Shown one piece after another: positions 12,193 through 22,690 of a DNA stretch of 64,000 nt (the first letter of the stretch is position 1; every line of letters begins with the position of its first letter). The stretch comes from an uncultured Gemmatimonadaceae bacterium (GTDB lineage Bacteria > Gemmatimonadota > Gemmatimonadetes > Gemmatimonadales > Gemmatimonadaceae). The translations under genes were made by a program, and so were the position numbers. The notes under the pieces are model-generated. The model ran no database searches. It was not told the origin of the DNA and saw only the letters and a list, made by a program, of their open reading frames with translations. The stretch is taken from assembly GCA_963781585.1 (NCBI GenBank), contig CAWAGQ010000013.1:416001-480000 (forward strand). The letters are read 5' to 3'.

Positions 12193-13868
12193 CCTTCCGC
12201 GCACGGCTCCTCGCCGCATTTACAGCAGCTACCGCGATTCCACTCGTACTGCTGGGGGTCGGGGTGCGTCACCAGCTGCGCTCGCGCCTCGAACTGCAGT
12301 ACCGCCGCCGTGTCGACGCCCAGGTGGCGGTGGCGAGCGAGGATCTGGGACGCCAGTCGGCGGCCATTGCCGATCGTCTCGCCGCGCTCGCCCACGGGGT
12401 GCCCGACGACGACCGCTTCCGCCTGGCTGCGGTGCGTGGCGTGCAGGACGAGCGCCCGTACCTGCTCGACTATGCCGGTCGCGCCATGCGGCTCGCCGGC
12501 CTCTCCATGTTGCAGGTGGAAGACGAACGCGGCCGCATTCTCAGCTCCGGGCACTTTCGCAACGAATTCGACCGGCTGGAACCCGATCTCCCCGCGCTGA
12601 TGTCGCGCGCAAATGGCCAGCCCACACTGGTGCGGGCGCGGGCACCGGATGGACCGCTGCTGGTTCTCGCCCGGGTCGACTCCACGCGGGTAGCCGGGCG
12701 CCGATTCACGCTGGTGGGCGGCGTCGCCGTGGATAGCGTGTTTCTGCGCCGGCTGGCCCGCGACCCGGCGGTCGGCATCGCGCTCGTGGTATCGGGTGAC
12801 AGCGCCACGATATCCGCGCCGCACGCCGTCGTCGCGGAGATCCCACTCGCGTTCATCGATGCGGCGAGTCGGGACGCACCGACGCTCGGCGCGGCCCGCC
12901 TGACGATTACGCAGCCGCTGGGCGATCTCGACGCGCTGCTTGGCAGTGTGAATCGCTGGTTTCTCGCGGCGCTGGCGGGCGCCATCGGCCTGAGTGCGGC
13001 GCTGGCCGCCTGGTTCTCGGCGCGGCTGAGCCGTCCGCTCACGGTTCTCGCCGCTGCCACCGGGCGGATCGAGCTCGACGGCCCCGAGGTGGCCCTCGGG
13101 TTCGATCGCGACGATGAGATCGGGACGCTGGCCAGACGATTGAGCGCGATGGCGACCCGGTTGCGATCGAGCGCCGGACGACTGCGTGCCGCCGAGCGGC
13201 GCGCGACGATCGGCGAAATGGCGCGCCAGGTGAACCACGACATCAAGAACGGGCTGGTTCCGATTCGCAACGTGCTGCGGCATCTGGCGCAGGTGCAGGA
13301 GGAACGGCCCGTCGAGCTGCCGGCCCTGTTCGCCGAACGGCGCAGCACGCTGGAGTCGAGCGTGGCCTACCTTGACACGCTGGCGCGCAACTACGCGCGC
13401 CTGTCTCCCGTTGTGCAACGCACGTGGATGGACGTCAATGCTATCGTCGCCGAGGTGGGGCGCGCCGCCGCGGGCTCCGACGGTGCGCTCGTCGTGTCGG
13501 ATCCGGCTCCCGCTCTTCCCCGGATCTCTGGCGACCCGGTCCTGCTCCGGCGCATTCTCGAGAATCTCGTTCGCAACGGGATCGAGAGTCTGGAGGGCCG
13601 TGCCGGCACGGTCACGCTGCGGACCGCCGGCTCCCCGGACCGGGGCGTGCGGGTCACCGTTGCGGATACCGGTCACGGTATGACGCGCGAGGAGATCGAG
13701 CGCGCGTTCGACGACTTTCACACCACCAGGAAGGGGGGCACCGGACTCGGGCTGTCGGTGGTGCGACGACTCACGGCCGATCTGCAGGGCACGCTTCGAA
13801 TCGAGAGCGAGCCGGGGCGCGGAACGACCGTGGTCCTCGACTTCCCGGGGGCGAGTATGCCCGTGTGA
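12189..13868 (+). CDS. HAMP-domain sensor histidine kinase
   Basis: Two transmembrane segments, HAMP (DDEIGTL), H-box QVNHDIKN, ENLVRNG, DTGHG, GTGLGL. Confidence 0.88.
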   Translation: MTFRARLLAAFTAATAIPLVLLGVGVRHQLRSRLELQYRRRVDAQVAVASEDLGRQSAAIADRLAALAHGVPDDDRFRLAAVRGVQDERPYLLDYAGRAMRLAGLSMLQVEDERGRILSSGHFRNEFDRLEPDLPALMSRANGQPTLVRARAPDGPLLVLARVDSTRVAGRRFTLVGGVAVDSVFLRRLARDPAVGIALVVSGDSATISAPHAVVAEIPLAFIDAASRDAPTLGAARLTITQPLGDLDALLGSVNRWFLAALAGAIGLSAALAAWFSARLSRPLTVLAAATGRIELDGPEVALGFDRDDEIGTLARRLSAMATRLRSSAGRLRAAERRATIGEMARQVNHDIKNGLVPIRNVLRHLAQVQEERPVELPALFAERRSTLESSVAYLDTLARNYARLSPVVQRTWMDVNAIVAEVGRAAAGSDGALVVSDPAPALPRISGDPVLLRRILENLVRNGIESLEGRAGTVTLRTAGSPDRGVRVTVADTGHGMTREEIERAFDDFHTTRKGGTGLGLSVVRRLTADLQGTLRIESEPGRGTTVVLDFPGASMPV

Positions 13869-13959
13869 TCTCGTCAGGCAGGCTACCGTGTTCACGGCTC
13901 GTTTGCGCCAGTCCCGCGTCCCCGCACGCCGGTTCGCCCGTCCCCATCTTCCCTTGACC

Positions 13960-15324
13960 ATGCTCTCGGTTCTGATTGTCGACGACGTCACCCCACTGGC
14001 CGAGCAGTACGCCTACGACCTGCGCCGACTCGGCGGATTCGAGACGGTCACCGCGTCGAGCGGCGAGGCGGCGCTCGAAGTGCTGGGTCGCGAAGCGGTG
14101 GATTGCGTGATCCTCGACCTCGAGATGCCCGGGCTGGACGGGTTCGGCGTGCTTCGCGCCATGCGCGAACGCAGGATGGATACCCCGGTGATCGTCTACA
14201 CCGGCACCGGGAACTTCGAGCGGTGTGTGCAGGCGATGCGGCTGGGGGCGTTCACGTTCATCGACAAGGCCGAGCCGCTGGAGCGCGTGGTGCGCGAGGT
14301 CGAAACCGCCGCCGAGCGACGACAGTTGCTGGCGGATGTGGCCTCCCTGCGCCGTTATGCGGCCGAGGATTCGGCTCTGCTGGGTGACAGCCCGGCGATG
14401 CGGCGTCTCAAGGCGACGATCGCCCGGGTGGCACCGATTCCGAGTCCGGTGCTCGTCATCGGAGAGAGCGGGTCCGGGAAGGAGCTTGTGGCGCGAGACA
14501 TTCACCGGCTGAGCGGCCGCGCGCGCGAGCCGTTCGTGGCGGTGAACTGTGCGGCGCTCCCCGAGAACCTGGTGGAGAGCGAGCTGTTCGGGCACGAACG
14601 CGGCGCGTTCACCGGCGCGGTGGCGACGCGCCGGGGCGCCTTCGAGGCAGCGGGGAAGGGGACGCTCTTTCTCGACGAGATCGGTGAGCTGCCCCTTCCG
14701 GCGCAGGCCAAGCTGCTCCGCGTGCTTGAGGAGCGTGCGGTCGTCCGGCTGGGAACGTCCAGGAACGTCACAGTGCCGGCGCGGGTGGTGGTGGCCACGC
14801 ATCGCAATCTGGACGAGGATGTTTCCTCGGGCCGCTTTCGCCAGGATCTTCTCTTCCGGCTCAACGCCCACATCCTGGTGGTGCCGCCGTTGCGCGACCG
14901 GCTCTCCGACCTGCCGGAGCTGGCCGCTCATCTGGTGGCCTCGATCTGCGAACGGTTCGGGATGCGACCGAAGCGGCTGGCACCGCCGGCGGTCGACGCG
15001 CTGTCCCGCCACGACTGGCGGCGCAACAACGTGCGCGAGCTCAGGAACGTGATCGAGCGGATGGTGATCGAATCCGACGGCGACGTGATCGGGGCCGAGC
15101 ACGTTCCCGGCGAGCTCCTGACGGCGGTGCCCGCGACATCGCCCACGCCGGGTGGCGCCGTTCGCACGTTCCTCGAGCTCAAGGCCGAGGCGGAACGGCA
15201 GATCATCGTGGCGGCGCTCGAGCGCAACGAGTGGCACATCACGCGTACGGCGCAGGAGCTGGGGTTGGCCGATCACGCCAGCCTGCTGAAGATCATGCGC
15301 CGACACGGCGTGGTGAAGCGTTAG
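13960..15324 (+). CDS. Sigma54-dependent response regulator (NtrC family)
   Basis: REC domain, GESGSGKE, ESELFGHERGAFTGA, FLDEIGE, NVRELRN, Fis-type HTH. Confidence 0.93.
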   Translation: MLSVLIVDDVTPLAEQYAYDLRRLGGFETVTASSGEAALEVLGREAVDCVILDLEMPGLDGFGVLRAMRERRMDTPVIVYTGTGNFERCVQAMRLGAFTFIDKAEPLERVVREVETAAERRQLLADVASLRRYAAEDSALLGDSPAMRRLKATIARVAPIPSPVLVIGESGSGKELVARDIHRLSGRAREPFVAVNCAALPENLVESELFGHERGAFTGAVATRRGAFEAAGKGTLFLDEIGELPLPAQAKLLRVLEERAVVRLGTSRNVTVPARVVVATHRNLDEDVSSGRFRQDLLFRLNAHILVVPPLRDRLSDLPELAAHLVASICERFGMRPKRLAPPAVDALSRHDWRRNNVRELRNVIERMVIESDGDVIGAEHVPGELLTAVPATSPTPGGAVRTFLELKAEAERQIIVAALERNEWHITRTAQELGLADHASLLKIMRRHGVVKR

Positions 15325-15413
15325 GCAGTCGGCCGGGAGAGAGCGACACTCCCGGCCACCCGCGGAATCACGCTGGCGCAGACACGGCGCCGCGGGGGGA
15401 ACCGCCGGGCGAC

Positions 15414-15563
15414 GTGTCCGCCGGGACACATCAGACCCGGTAGCGCCGTGTTCGCCCGGACACACGCGAGTCGCCGGGGCGACTCCTGTCCGGGCGCAAG
15501 GTCCGCTGTGCCATCCGGTTGCGGCACCGGCCGGTCGCCCGGCGCGGACGGGCCGCCGTTTGC
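15414..15563 (+). promoter_or_regulatory. Putative sigma54 promoter with two upstream activator palindromes
   Basis: GTGTCC-N4-GGACAC (15414-15429) and GTGTTC-N4-GGACAC (15448-15463); GG-N10-GC with TTGC at 15550-15563. Confidence 0.5.
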
Positions 15564-15625
15564 CTTCTCACGTGGGAGTCACCCACAACCCCGGCGCCTC
15601 AGGCGCCTGACGATAGGAGGAGAAG

Positions 15626-16610
15626 ATGATTCGCACATCCCGACTGGATTCCATCGACCGGTGGCGCATCGCCGCCGTCGCCCTCGCCTCGAGCGCACTC
15701 CTGGCGCTCGTGGCCTGCGGCGGGTCCGAGCAGAGCGGCGGCGAGGCGGCCGTTCCCCCGCCCGTTACCACCACCACTCCCAGCGACACGACCGCCTCGT
15801 CAGGCAGCGTCGGAGCCACGGTGAGTGGGTCCGCGGTCACGGCCTCGTTCGCCGATGGCGAGTCGGCGTACCGGGACAAGCGCTACCGCGACGCCGAGCA
15901 GATGTTCGAGGGATACACGGAGCGCAAGCCGGACAACGCCTGGGGGTTCTACATGCTTGGCCTCTCGGCGTGGAAGGCGGGTGATCTGGAGCCCGCGCGC
16001 ACGGCGCTCGAGCGGTCACGTGAGCTGGATCCGAAGAACGTCAAGACGCTGCTGAACCTGAGTCGGGTACTGCTCGATCAGGACAACGCGAAAGACGCCA
16101 GAATGCGCGTGACCGAGGCCCTGAAGCTCGATTCCACGTCCGGAGAGGTCTACCGCCTGCTGGGCCGCACGCGCGCGGTCCTCAAAGCAGAACGACGAGG
16201 CCATCGATGCCTATCGCACCGCACTGGTCCTCGATCCCACGGATGTCTGGTCGATGAACAACATGGCGCTGCTGATGATCCTGCAGGGGCGCTACGATGA
16301 CGCGCTGGGGCCGCTCGCCCGCGCGGTGCAGATCGACCCCACCGTGCCGGTATTCCAGAACAACCTCGGTATCGCGCTCGAGCGCACCGGACATAACGAG
16401 CTCGCAGCCGGAGCCTATCGGGCCGCCCTCTCGGCGGACAGTACCTATGAAAAGGCGAGCGTGAGCCTGACCCGGCTGGCGAATCGTCCGGACGACCCGG
16501 GCGTGCTGCCGGTGGACCTGGGCGTGCTGGCGGAGTCGTTCGACCGGGCGGTTCGTGAAACGCCGGTCGGCACCGTCACACGCAAGCCGGCGCCGCCGTT
16601 TGATCGCTGA
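15626..16610 (+). CDS. TPR-repeat lipoprotein, split by a 1-nt frameshift near 16184-16186
   Basis: AGGAGG RBS, lipobox LVAC, TPR helices. Removing one A from CTCAAAGCAG gives LKQNDEAIDAYRTALVLDP and joins ORF 15626-16300 to ORF 16254-16610. Confidence 0.75.
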
Positions 16611-16618
16611 TGGCGGAG

Positions 16619-16702
16619 CGGAGGCACCCACGCACCGGATGTGGTGCCTCCGGCAGTCGCGACCCCGAACGCCTCCACCGATGTGTGTGGAGGCGTTCGG
16701 GG
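16619..16702. terminator. Two tandem GC-rich hairpins between convergent genes
   Basis: CGGAGGCACC/GGTGCCTCCG (16619-16652) and a perfect 16-bp stem CCCCGAACGCCTCCAC/GTGGAGGCGTTCGGGG (16663-16702); no U-tract. Confidence 0.6.
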
Positions 16703-16708
16703 CGCGGG

Positions 16709-17371
16709 TTACCGTCGCACGTTCGGCGCCAGCTCGCGCGCGTGCAGCGCGATTGGCTCGGCCGCGCCGGCCCCCAGCGCTCGCGCTCCGGATTCACCGG
16801 TGATCACGTTGGTCACGTAGCGCTGACTCTCGCCCACCCGCTCCACTTCGATCGCGATGGCATCCACCGCCTGCTCGATTCGCGTCAGGCGCTGACTGAG
16901 CTCGGCGGGCAGCGAGGTGATGACCGCCGCGCCGCGGCGCCACAGGCGCCTGGCGTAACCGATCGCCACGGGGAAGAGGACAAAGACCACCATCGCGACC
17001 GAGAGCGCCCAGAATCCATCCGGCGGTCCGCGGCGGACCGGCGGGGGCATGGGTGGCGGCGACGATCCGGGGACCGCCGCGGCCCGGGCGACCTCGGCGT
17101 TGGCGGAGGCAATCTGCCGGTCGAGCGCCGTGATCTGCTGGTCGATGTCCGTGATGCGCTGCTCGACCCCCTTCCGGTCCACGTCGGTCGCCCCCGACTG
17201 CTGCAGCTGGCGTTGCAGCGAGCGCCGCTTCCCTTCGAGGTTCGACAGCTGATCTCCCAGCTCGCGCCGTTGATTCCGGAACGCCCGCAGCACATCCGCC
17301 GGGTCGGCGTTCGGGTTGCCGACCACTACGGGGATGGCAGGCGGGGCTGGCGCGGGAGTCTGCTGGGGCAT
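16709..17371 (-). CDS. Hypothetical coiled-coil membrane protein
   Basis: AGGAGG RBS, coiled coil, one transmembrane helix, C-terminal RIEQAVDAIAIEVERVGESQRY. Confidence 0.7.
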   Translation of the reverse strand: MPQQTPAPAPPAIPVVVGNPNADPADVLRAFRNQRRELGDQLSNLEGKRRSLQRQLQQSGATDVDRKGVEQRITDIDQQITALDRQIASANAEVARAAAVPGSSPPPMPPPVRRGPPDGFWALSVAMVVFVLFPVAIGYARRLWRRGAAVITSLPAELSQRLTRIEQAVDAIAIEVERVGESQRYVTNVITGESGARALGAGAAEPIALHARELAPNVRR

Positions 17372-17515
17372 CGGCTTCTCCTCCTATGGAACGCGCGCGA
17401 GAGCGCACGCGCCCTCCAAATCTGGGGCAGCACCGGCCCTACGCCAATTGCCAGGAGCGCGTTTCATCCAATGCGAAATCGATGCCGGAAGCGGGCCTCC
17501 GATCGCGTTTTCGCC

Positions 17516-20500
17516 TTACGGAATCTCGCTCACGCCCGCGGCGCGAAGTCGCGCGTTCAGCGCGGGCAGGTCAGTGCCCCGGATCTGGCGCCAATCCGCC
17601 AGGCGCGCATTCGCACTCGTCAGGCGTTCGTTGGCTGCGGCAACCAACTGGGCGGTGGGTGGGCGATCCGCATCCTGCAGGACGCCGTAGATGCTGGTCA
17701 GGTCGCCACGCAGGGCAACCAGATTCGCGGTGTTCGCCGCCACTCCGCGTCCGGCCCGGCCACCGCCACCGGTGGCACCGCCGCGCCCCGCGCGCCCGCG
17801 ACCGCTGCCGCCCCCGTCGATCGCGTCGATCCTGGCCCGCACGCCGGCGGTGGCGTCGGCCAGCTGGGGTGCCTTTGCCTCGCGGTCGGCGAGCTGCGCC
17901 CGCAGCGCCCGGGCCGCGGCCAGCGCGTCGGCGCTCCCATTGATGGCGTCGTACACTCGCATCAGCAGTATTTGCGCGGTCTGCAGCGCGAGCGCCGGCG
18001 TCTTCACCCGCGGGTCCATGCGCACGGTCAGAGGCTGGGTATGGGAATGTCCGTCGACGGTGAGGCGCACGGTGTACCGCCCGGGCGCCACCAACGGGCC
18101 TAACGGTTCGGGCACGGTCCGTCCCGGAATGGCGCTGATCGGGAAGGAGAAGGTCTCCACCCGGGGCCGCGGGTATCGCAGATCCCACACGAACCGGTGC
18201 AGCCCCGGTTCGGTCCGGAGGTCGGGCCAGGGCCGGATCCACCAGTCCGGCCAGTTGCCTTCCGAGCGCGGGTCCGGGACCGGATTCACGCCCTTGTCGT
18301 ATCGGCGCACGAGGTTCCCGGATGGGTCCAGCAGCTCCAGGGTGAGCTGGGTGGCGGGATTCTTCAGGTAGTAGTCGATCGGGACCCCGTCGGGTGGATT
18401 CGGCGCGCGTGGCTCGTCAGGCGGAAGGGGCGTGTCGGTGTACATGCTGAACCGCACACGGGTGGCCAGTTCCGGGCGGAACAGGGCTGCGTCCCGCGCC
18501 GTCACCTCGGCCGAGAGCTGGCGGAGCGGGGTGGCGTCGTCGAGGATCCAGAAGCCGCGCCCGTGGGTGCCGACGACGATGTCGTCGTCCTTGATGACGA
18601 GATCGCGGATGGACGTGGCCGGCATGTTGGTGCGGAGCGACTGCCAATGGTCGCCGTCGTCGAACGACACCCAGACCTCGGTCTCGCTTCCGGCGTAGAG
18701 CAGGCCGCGCCGAGCGGGGTCCTCGCGTACCACGTTGATGGTCGCCCCGCTGTCGATGCCGGCCACGATCTCGGTCCAGGTCTTCCCGCCGTCGTGCGTG
18801 CGGTAGATGTGCGGCCGGAAATCGTCGAGCCGGATGGTATTTACCGCCGCATAGGCGCCCAGCGTGTCGAAGTGCGAAGCGTCCATGATCGAGACTTTCG
18901 CCCACGGGACGAGTTGCCGCGGGGTGACGTTCTTCCAGGTCGCTCCGCCGTTGAAGGTGACCTGGATCAGGCCGTCGTCGGTGCCGGCCCAGAGAATGCG
19001 TTCCTTCAGGTACGAGGGCGCGATCGTGTACACCACGCCCGGATGCCGCGCCATGGCCGACGCGGTGGTGGCGTACTTCCCCACGTTAGGCGGAACCACC
19101 GAGTCGGTCCGCGTGAGGTCGGGGCTGATCTGACGCCAGCTCTGTCCGCCGTTGACCGTCTCCCATACGCTGTTCATCCCGAGGTAGAGCTTGCGCGGGT
19201 TCACCGGCGAGAAGAGCAGCGGGGCGGTGCGGAGCGCGCGGTAGTTCGCATCCCGGAACGGTTTCGGTGACACGTCCTGGGTCTGCCCGGTGCGATAGTC
19301 GAAGCGCGTGACCTTGCCCCCGTAGACGATATCCGGGTCGAGGGGATCCGGGGCCACGTACCCGTACTCCTCCGTGCCCACCGGACGCCACTCCCGGAAG
19401 GTGAGCTGCCCGTCGTTCCCGCGGCTGGCGACGCACGCCGAACCCGATTCCTGCTGTCCGCTGCACACGCGGTACGGCCAGGAGTTGTCGGTGGCCACGT
19501 GGTACATCTGCGCGGTGGGCTGGTTGTACCACGAACTCCAGCTCTCGCCGCCATTGACCGAGATGATCGCCCCCTGGTCGCTCGCGATCAGCAGAATCTG
19601 CGGATTGTCGGGATTGATCCAGAGCCGATGGTAGTCGTCGCCACCGGGCGCGCCCCGCACCATCGACCAGGTGGCGCCACCGTCGGTGGACCGCCACACG
19701 ACGATGCTCAGGCACCAGACGATGTCGGGGTTGCGGGGGTCGACCTTGACCTCGGCGAAGTCGCTCTCACGCGTCGTCACGCGCGCGTCGGTCCCGACCT
19801 TGCGCCAGTTGGCACCCGCGTCGTCGGAGCGGTACACGCCGGTGCGCGCTCCGGCGTCCACGGTGAGGTAGAGCCGGTTGCGGTCGCTCGGCGAGACACC
19901 GATCCCGATGCGCCCGAGGCCATCGGCGGGAGTGGGCAGGCCGTTCATGACGGGTTTCCAGGTGCTGCCACCGTCGGTGGACTTGAACAACCCGGTCCCC
20001 TCGCCCTGCCAGACGCCGTTCTCCCACGGCGCCTGCCGTGATTCCCAGAGGGCGGCATAGAGCGTGTTGGGGTCGTCAGGCGCGAAGGCGACGTCGATCG
20101 CCCCGGTGTTCTCGTCCCGGTACAGCACCTTCTGGAACGACCGGCCGCCGTCGGTGGACCGGAACAGCCCGCGCTCCGCGTTAGGCCCGTAGGGATGTCC
20201 CAGCACCGCGACGAACAGGCGGTTGGGATCGCGCGGGTCGACGAGGATCTGGGGAATCTGCTGGCCGTCGCGGAGTCCGAGATGGGTCCATGTCCGTCCG
20301 GCATCGGTCGACTTGTAGATGCCGTCGCCGGTCGAGAGGTCGGGGCGTTGCAGTCCTTCGCCGCTGCCCACGTACATGATGTTGGGGTCGCTCGGCGCCA
20401 CCGCCAGCGCGCCCACCGAGCCCGTGGGTGCCTGATCGAAGATGGGACTCCACGTGCGGCCGTAGTCGGTGGTCTGCCACACCCCGCCGTCGGTGGCCGC

Positions 20501-20719
20501 GACGTAGAACACGTTAGGCTTCTGGCGCACGCCAGTCGCCGCCTTGGTGCGCCCGCCGCGATCGGGGCCGATGTTCCGCCACGGCAGCTCGCGGAACAGG
20601 GTCGAATCGAACTGCTGCGCGGTGGCCCGGATCGGCGGCCACCCCGCCAGCAGGGCTATCAGCATCAGGCAGCGGCGGAACGACGCTGCTGCACGCGGAT
20701 CAACGCCGGGGGTGTGCAT
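17516..20719 (-). CDS. VPS10/BNR (Asp-box) repeat glycosyl-hydrolase-like secreted protein
   Basis: WRNIGPDRGGR, many S/T-x-D-x-G-x-T/S-W Asp boxes, VGTHGRGFWILDD. The true start may be nearer 20665. Confidence 0.88.
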   Translation of the reverse strand: MHTPGVDPRAAASFRRCLMLIALLAGWPPIRATAQQFDSTLFRELPWRNIGPDRGGRTKAATGVRQKPNVFYVAATDGGVWQTTDYGRTWSPIFDQAPTGSVGALAVAPSDPNIMYVGSGEGLQRPDLSTGDGIYKSTDAGRTWTHLGLRDGQQIPQILVDPRDPNRLFVAVLGHPYGPNAERGLFRSTDGGRSFQKVLYRDENTGAIDVAFAPDDPNTLYAALWESRQAPWENGVWQGEGTGLFKSTDGGSTWKPVMNGLPTPADGLGRIGIGVSPSDRNRLYLTVDAGARTGVYRSDDAGANWRKVGTDARVTTRESDFAEVKVDPRNPDIVWCLSIVVWRSTDGGATWSMVRGAPGGDDYHRLWINPDNPQILLIASDQGAIISVNGGESWSSWYNQPTAQMYHVATDNSWPYRVCSGQQESGSACVASRGNDGQLTFREWRPVGTEEYGYVAPDPLDPDIVYGGKVTRFDYRTGQTQDVSPKPFRDANYRALRTAPLLFSPVNPRKLYLGMNSVWETVNGGQSWRQISPDLTRTDSVVPPNVGKYATTASAMARHPGVVYTIAPSYLKERILWAGTDDGLIQVTFNGGATWKNVTPRQLVPWAKVSIMDASHFDTLGAYAAVNTIRLDDFRPHIYRTHDGGKTWTEIVAGIDSGATINVVREDPARRGLLYAGSETEVWVSFDDGDHWQSLRTNMPATSIRDLVIKDDDIVVGTHGRGFWILDDATPLRQLSAEVTARDAALFRPELATRVRFSMYTDTPLPPDEPRAPNPPDGVPIDYYLKNPATQLTLELLDPSGNLVRRYDKGVNPVPDPRSEGNWPDWWIRPWPDLRTEPGLHRFVWDLRYPRPRVETFSFPISAIPGRTVPEPLGPLVAPGRYTVRLTVDGHSHTQPLTVRMDPRVKTPALALQTAQILLMRVYDAINGSADALAAARALRAQLADREAKAPQLADATAGVRARIDAIDGGGSGRGRAGRGGATGGGGRAGRGVAANTANLVALRGDLTSIYGVLQDADRPPTAQLVAAANERLTSANARLADWRQIRGTDLPALNARLRAAGVSEIP

Positions 20720-20981
20720 TGCGAGGCCGAGTACGCGAGAGAGAGGGACGAGCGCCGGGACGACGGAAACAAATCACTATTCGAGGAGAACGCGATAGGA
20801 CTCGGAGGAAACTGGCGCGCTCCCGCATCCACCGGTATTTCCGACCGCCATCGCCGTCTCCGTGAACTGGCTTGCCGATCTGAACCGCAGAAGTGCCACG
20901 TTAGGCTCGATCCTGCCGAGGCTCGATGCCGCGGTGAACCCGCGGCCCCCGATGCCGCGCCATGATGACCCGCAGGCCGGG

Positions 20982-21512
20982 CTACGGGGCGTCGATCTCC
21001 AACGGCACCACCATCGTCCCCCACTGGAGCACCAACTCGGCGTGGTGCCCATCCACCACCGGAAAGTAGAAGGCCAGCGTCTCCACGTACTCACCGGTGC
21101 GCGGCGTGGCGCGCACCCGCAGCACATCCTCGCCGTACGGGTAGCGCATATGGAACACCGGCTGCCGCTTGTTGAAGATGACGGTCCACGAGTCCGGCTT
21201 CGGCTCGGTCCAGATGCTGTACTTTCCCGCCGGAAGCGTCTCGCCGTTGATCTTCACATCCGTCGACACGCTGATCGTGGTCGCGGAGTCGGCCCCCGGA
21301 GTCCAGATGCGCCCCCACCGCACCACGCCGGGGAAGAGGTCTCGCCCACGCGCCACCGGTCGAAAGTACTCGACTTCGATGCGGGTCCCGGCCACCTGCT
21401 GCGTGACCGATCCACGCTGGCTCAGTCGCGGTTCGCCGCCCTGGGCGCAGGCAACGGTCGACGCGAACGCCGCGTGCGCGACCACCAGGGCCGACAGCGC
21501 GATGCGCGTCAC
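20982..21512 (-). CDS. DUF2911-family secreted protein
   Basis: SQRGSVTQQV, YFRPVARGR, WTPGADSAT, LPAGKYSIW. GTG 21512 overlaps the upstream TGA. Confidence 0.8.
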   Translation of the reverse strand: MTRIALSALVVAHAAFASTVACAQGGEPRLSQRGSVTQQVAGTRIEVEYFRPVARGRDLFPGVVRWGRIWTPGADSATTISVSTDVKINGETLPAGKYSIWTEPKPDSWTVIFNKRQPVFHMRYPYGEDVLRVRATPRTGEYVETLAFYFPVVDGHHAELVLQWGTMVVPLEIDAP

Positions 21513-21964
21513 GGCGATCGCCCCTGACACGTCACCTGCCACGCGCGCGTCCGGGCGCGTGACGGCTTCCGGTATCCATCGGCCACCATCGCCACTGCCG
21601 TGCCGAGCCTCTCGCGGCCACCGGCAAGGGTGCTGTCGAAGGTGAGTTTCACGCCGGCCGGCCACCACGGGGGATAGAGCACCACCATCATCCCCTTCCT
21701 CGTGGACTCGATCGTCATCGCGTTGCTCCGCGCCCCAACGGGATCCCCGTCGAAGATCGAGTCCCGCATGCGCTGCACTCTCCGCGCGGCCGAGGTCGCG
21801 TCACCGGCGTGTCCGGCCCCGGACCAGTCGAGGGGCGGATCCCATTCCCCGAAGGAGAATCGCCAGCACGCACTCGGCGTAGCCGCGGAGTCCAGTCGCG
21901 GGCGCTGCGCCATCAGCAGTGCAGGGATGAGGAGGGGCAGGAGCCACGCCCGGACACGTTGCAT
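21509..21964 (-). CDS. Hypothetical secreted protein
   Basis: Signal-like N-terminus MQRVRAWLLPLLIPALLMA; coupled to the downstream gene. Confidence 0.6.
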   Translation of the reverse strand: MQRVRAWLLPLLIPALLMAQRPRLDSAATPSACWRFSFGEWDPPLDWSGAGHAGDATSAARRVQRMRDSIFDGDPVGARSNAMTIESTRKGMMVVLYPPWWPAGVKLTFDSTLAGGRERLGTAVAMVADGYRKPSRARTRAWQVTCQGRSP

Positions 21965-22023
21965 GCCATCACGTTGAGGGGCGCCTTCTGTCCGCGCAAC
22001 GCCCTGTCGGTTGAGTGTGCGCC

Positions 22024-22584
22024 TCAGGCGTCCTTGCGCCGCACCGAGCTCCCGAGGAGTTCGAGCGTTCCGCTGACCCCGGCGCAGACGGCGGCCGCGG
22101 CGACGAGCGTGAAGCCGACCTCTCCGAAGCGCAGCCGGGCACCGGCCAGCACCGCCAGGGCGCGAGGGGCATTGGTGGCCAGCAGCAGGATCGCCGCGGT
22201 GGCCAGAATGCCGACCACCCACGTGATCGCGGCTCGTGTCATCGGTGATCGTGGAAGTCGCAGGACCTGGAGGAACAGGGCGGTCACGGCGACCCACAGG
22301 GCCACCGTCAGGGCGGGGTAGGCCAGGCGGAGGCGGGTCGCCGCATCTTCTCCGCCCGCGGCAACCGTGCAGAGCGCCTCGTCTCCCCCCTTCGGCCACC
22401 ACCGGCACGACACGGTGGCGTTCACGGGATCCACCGCCGCGATGCGCTCCATGCCGATCGGCGAAAGGCGAAACATCGCTGCGTCGGGAGTCACCGCCGT
22501 CCCCCAGCCTAACGTAGCTCCCCGCTGCAGGAAGAACGCCGCGAGGGCGATCAGCAGGGCGGCGATTGGACGCGCGAGCTTCAT
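22024..22584 (-). CDS. Hypothetical membrane protein
   Basis: Four hydrophobic segments; same strand as both neighbours. Confidence 0.6.
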   Translation of the reverse strand: MKLARPIAALLIALAAFFLQRGATLGWGTAVTPDAAMFRLSPIGMERIAAVDPVNATVSCRWWPKGGDEALCTVAAGGEDAATRLRLAYPALTVALWVAVTALFLQVLRLPRSPMTRAAITWVVGILATAAILLLATNAPRALAVLAGARLRFGEVGFTLVAAAAVCAGVSGTLELLGSSVRRKDA

Positions 22585-22690
22585 GGCGACGTGATGGTGT
22601 GGGGGGTTCGGTCAGGAGTCGGCGAAACCTCGCCGACGGCGCGCCTTCACGGCAAGGCGAGCGCGCCCCGCCGGCCGCTCGCGGCCACCG

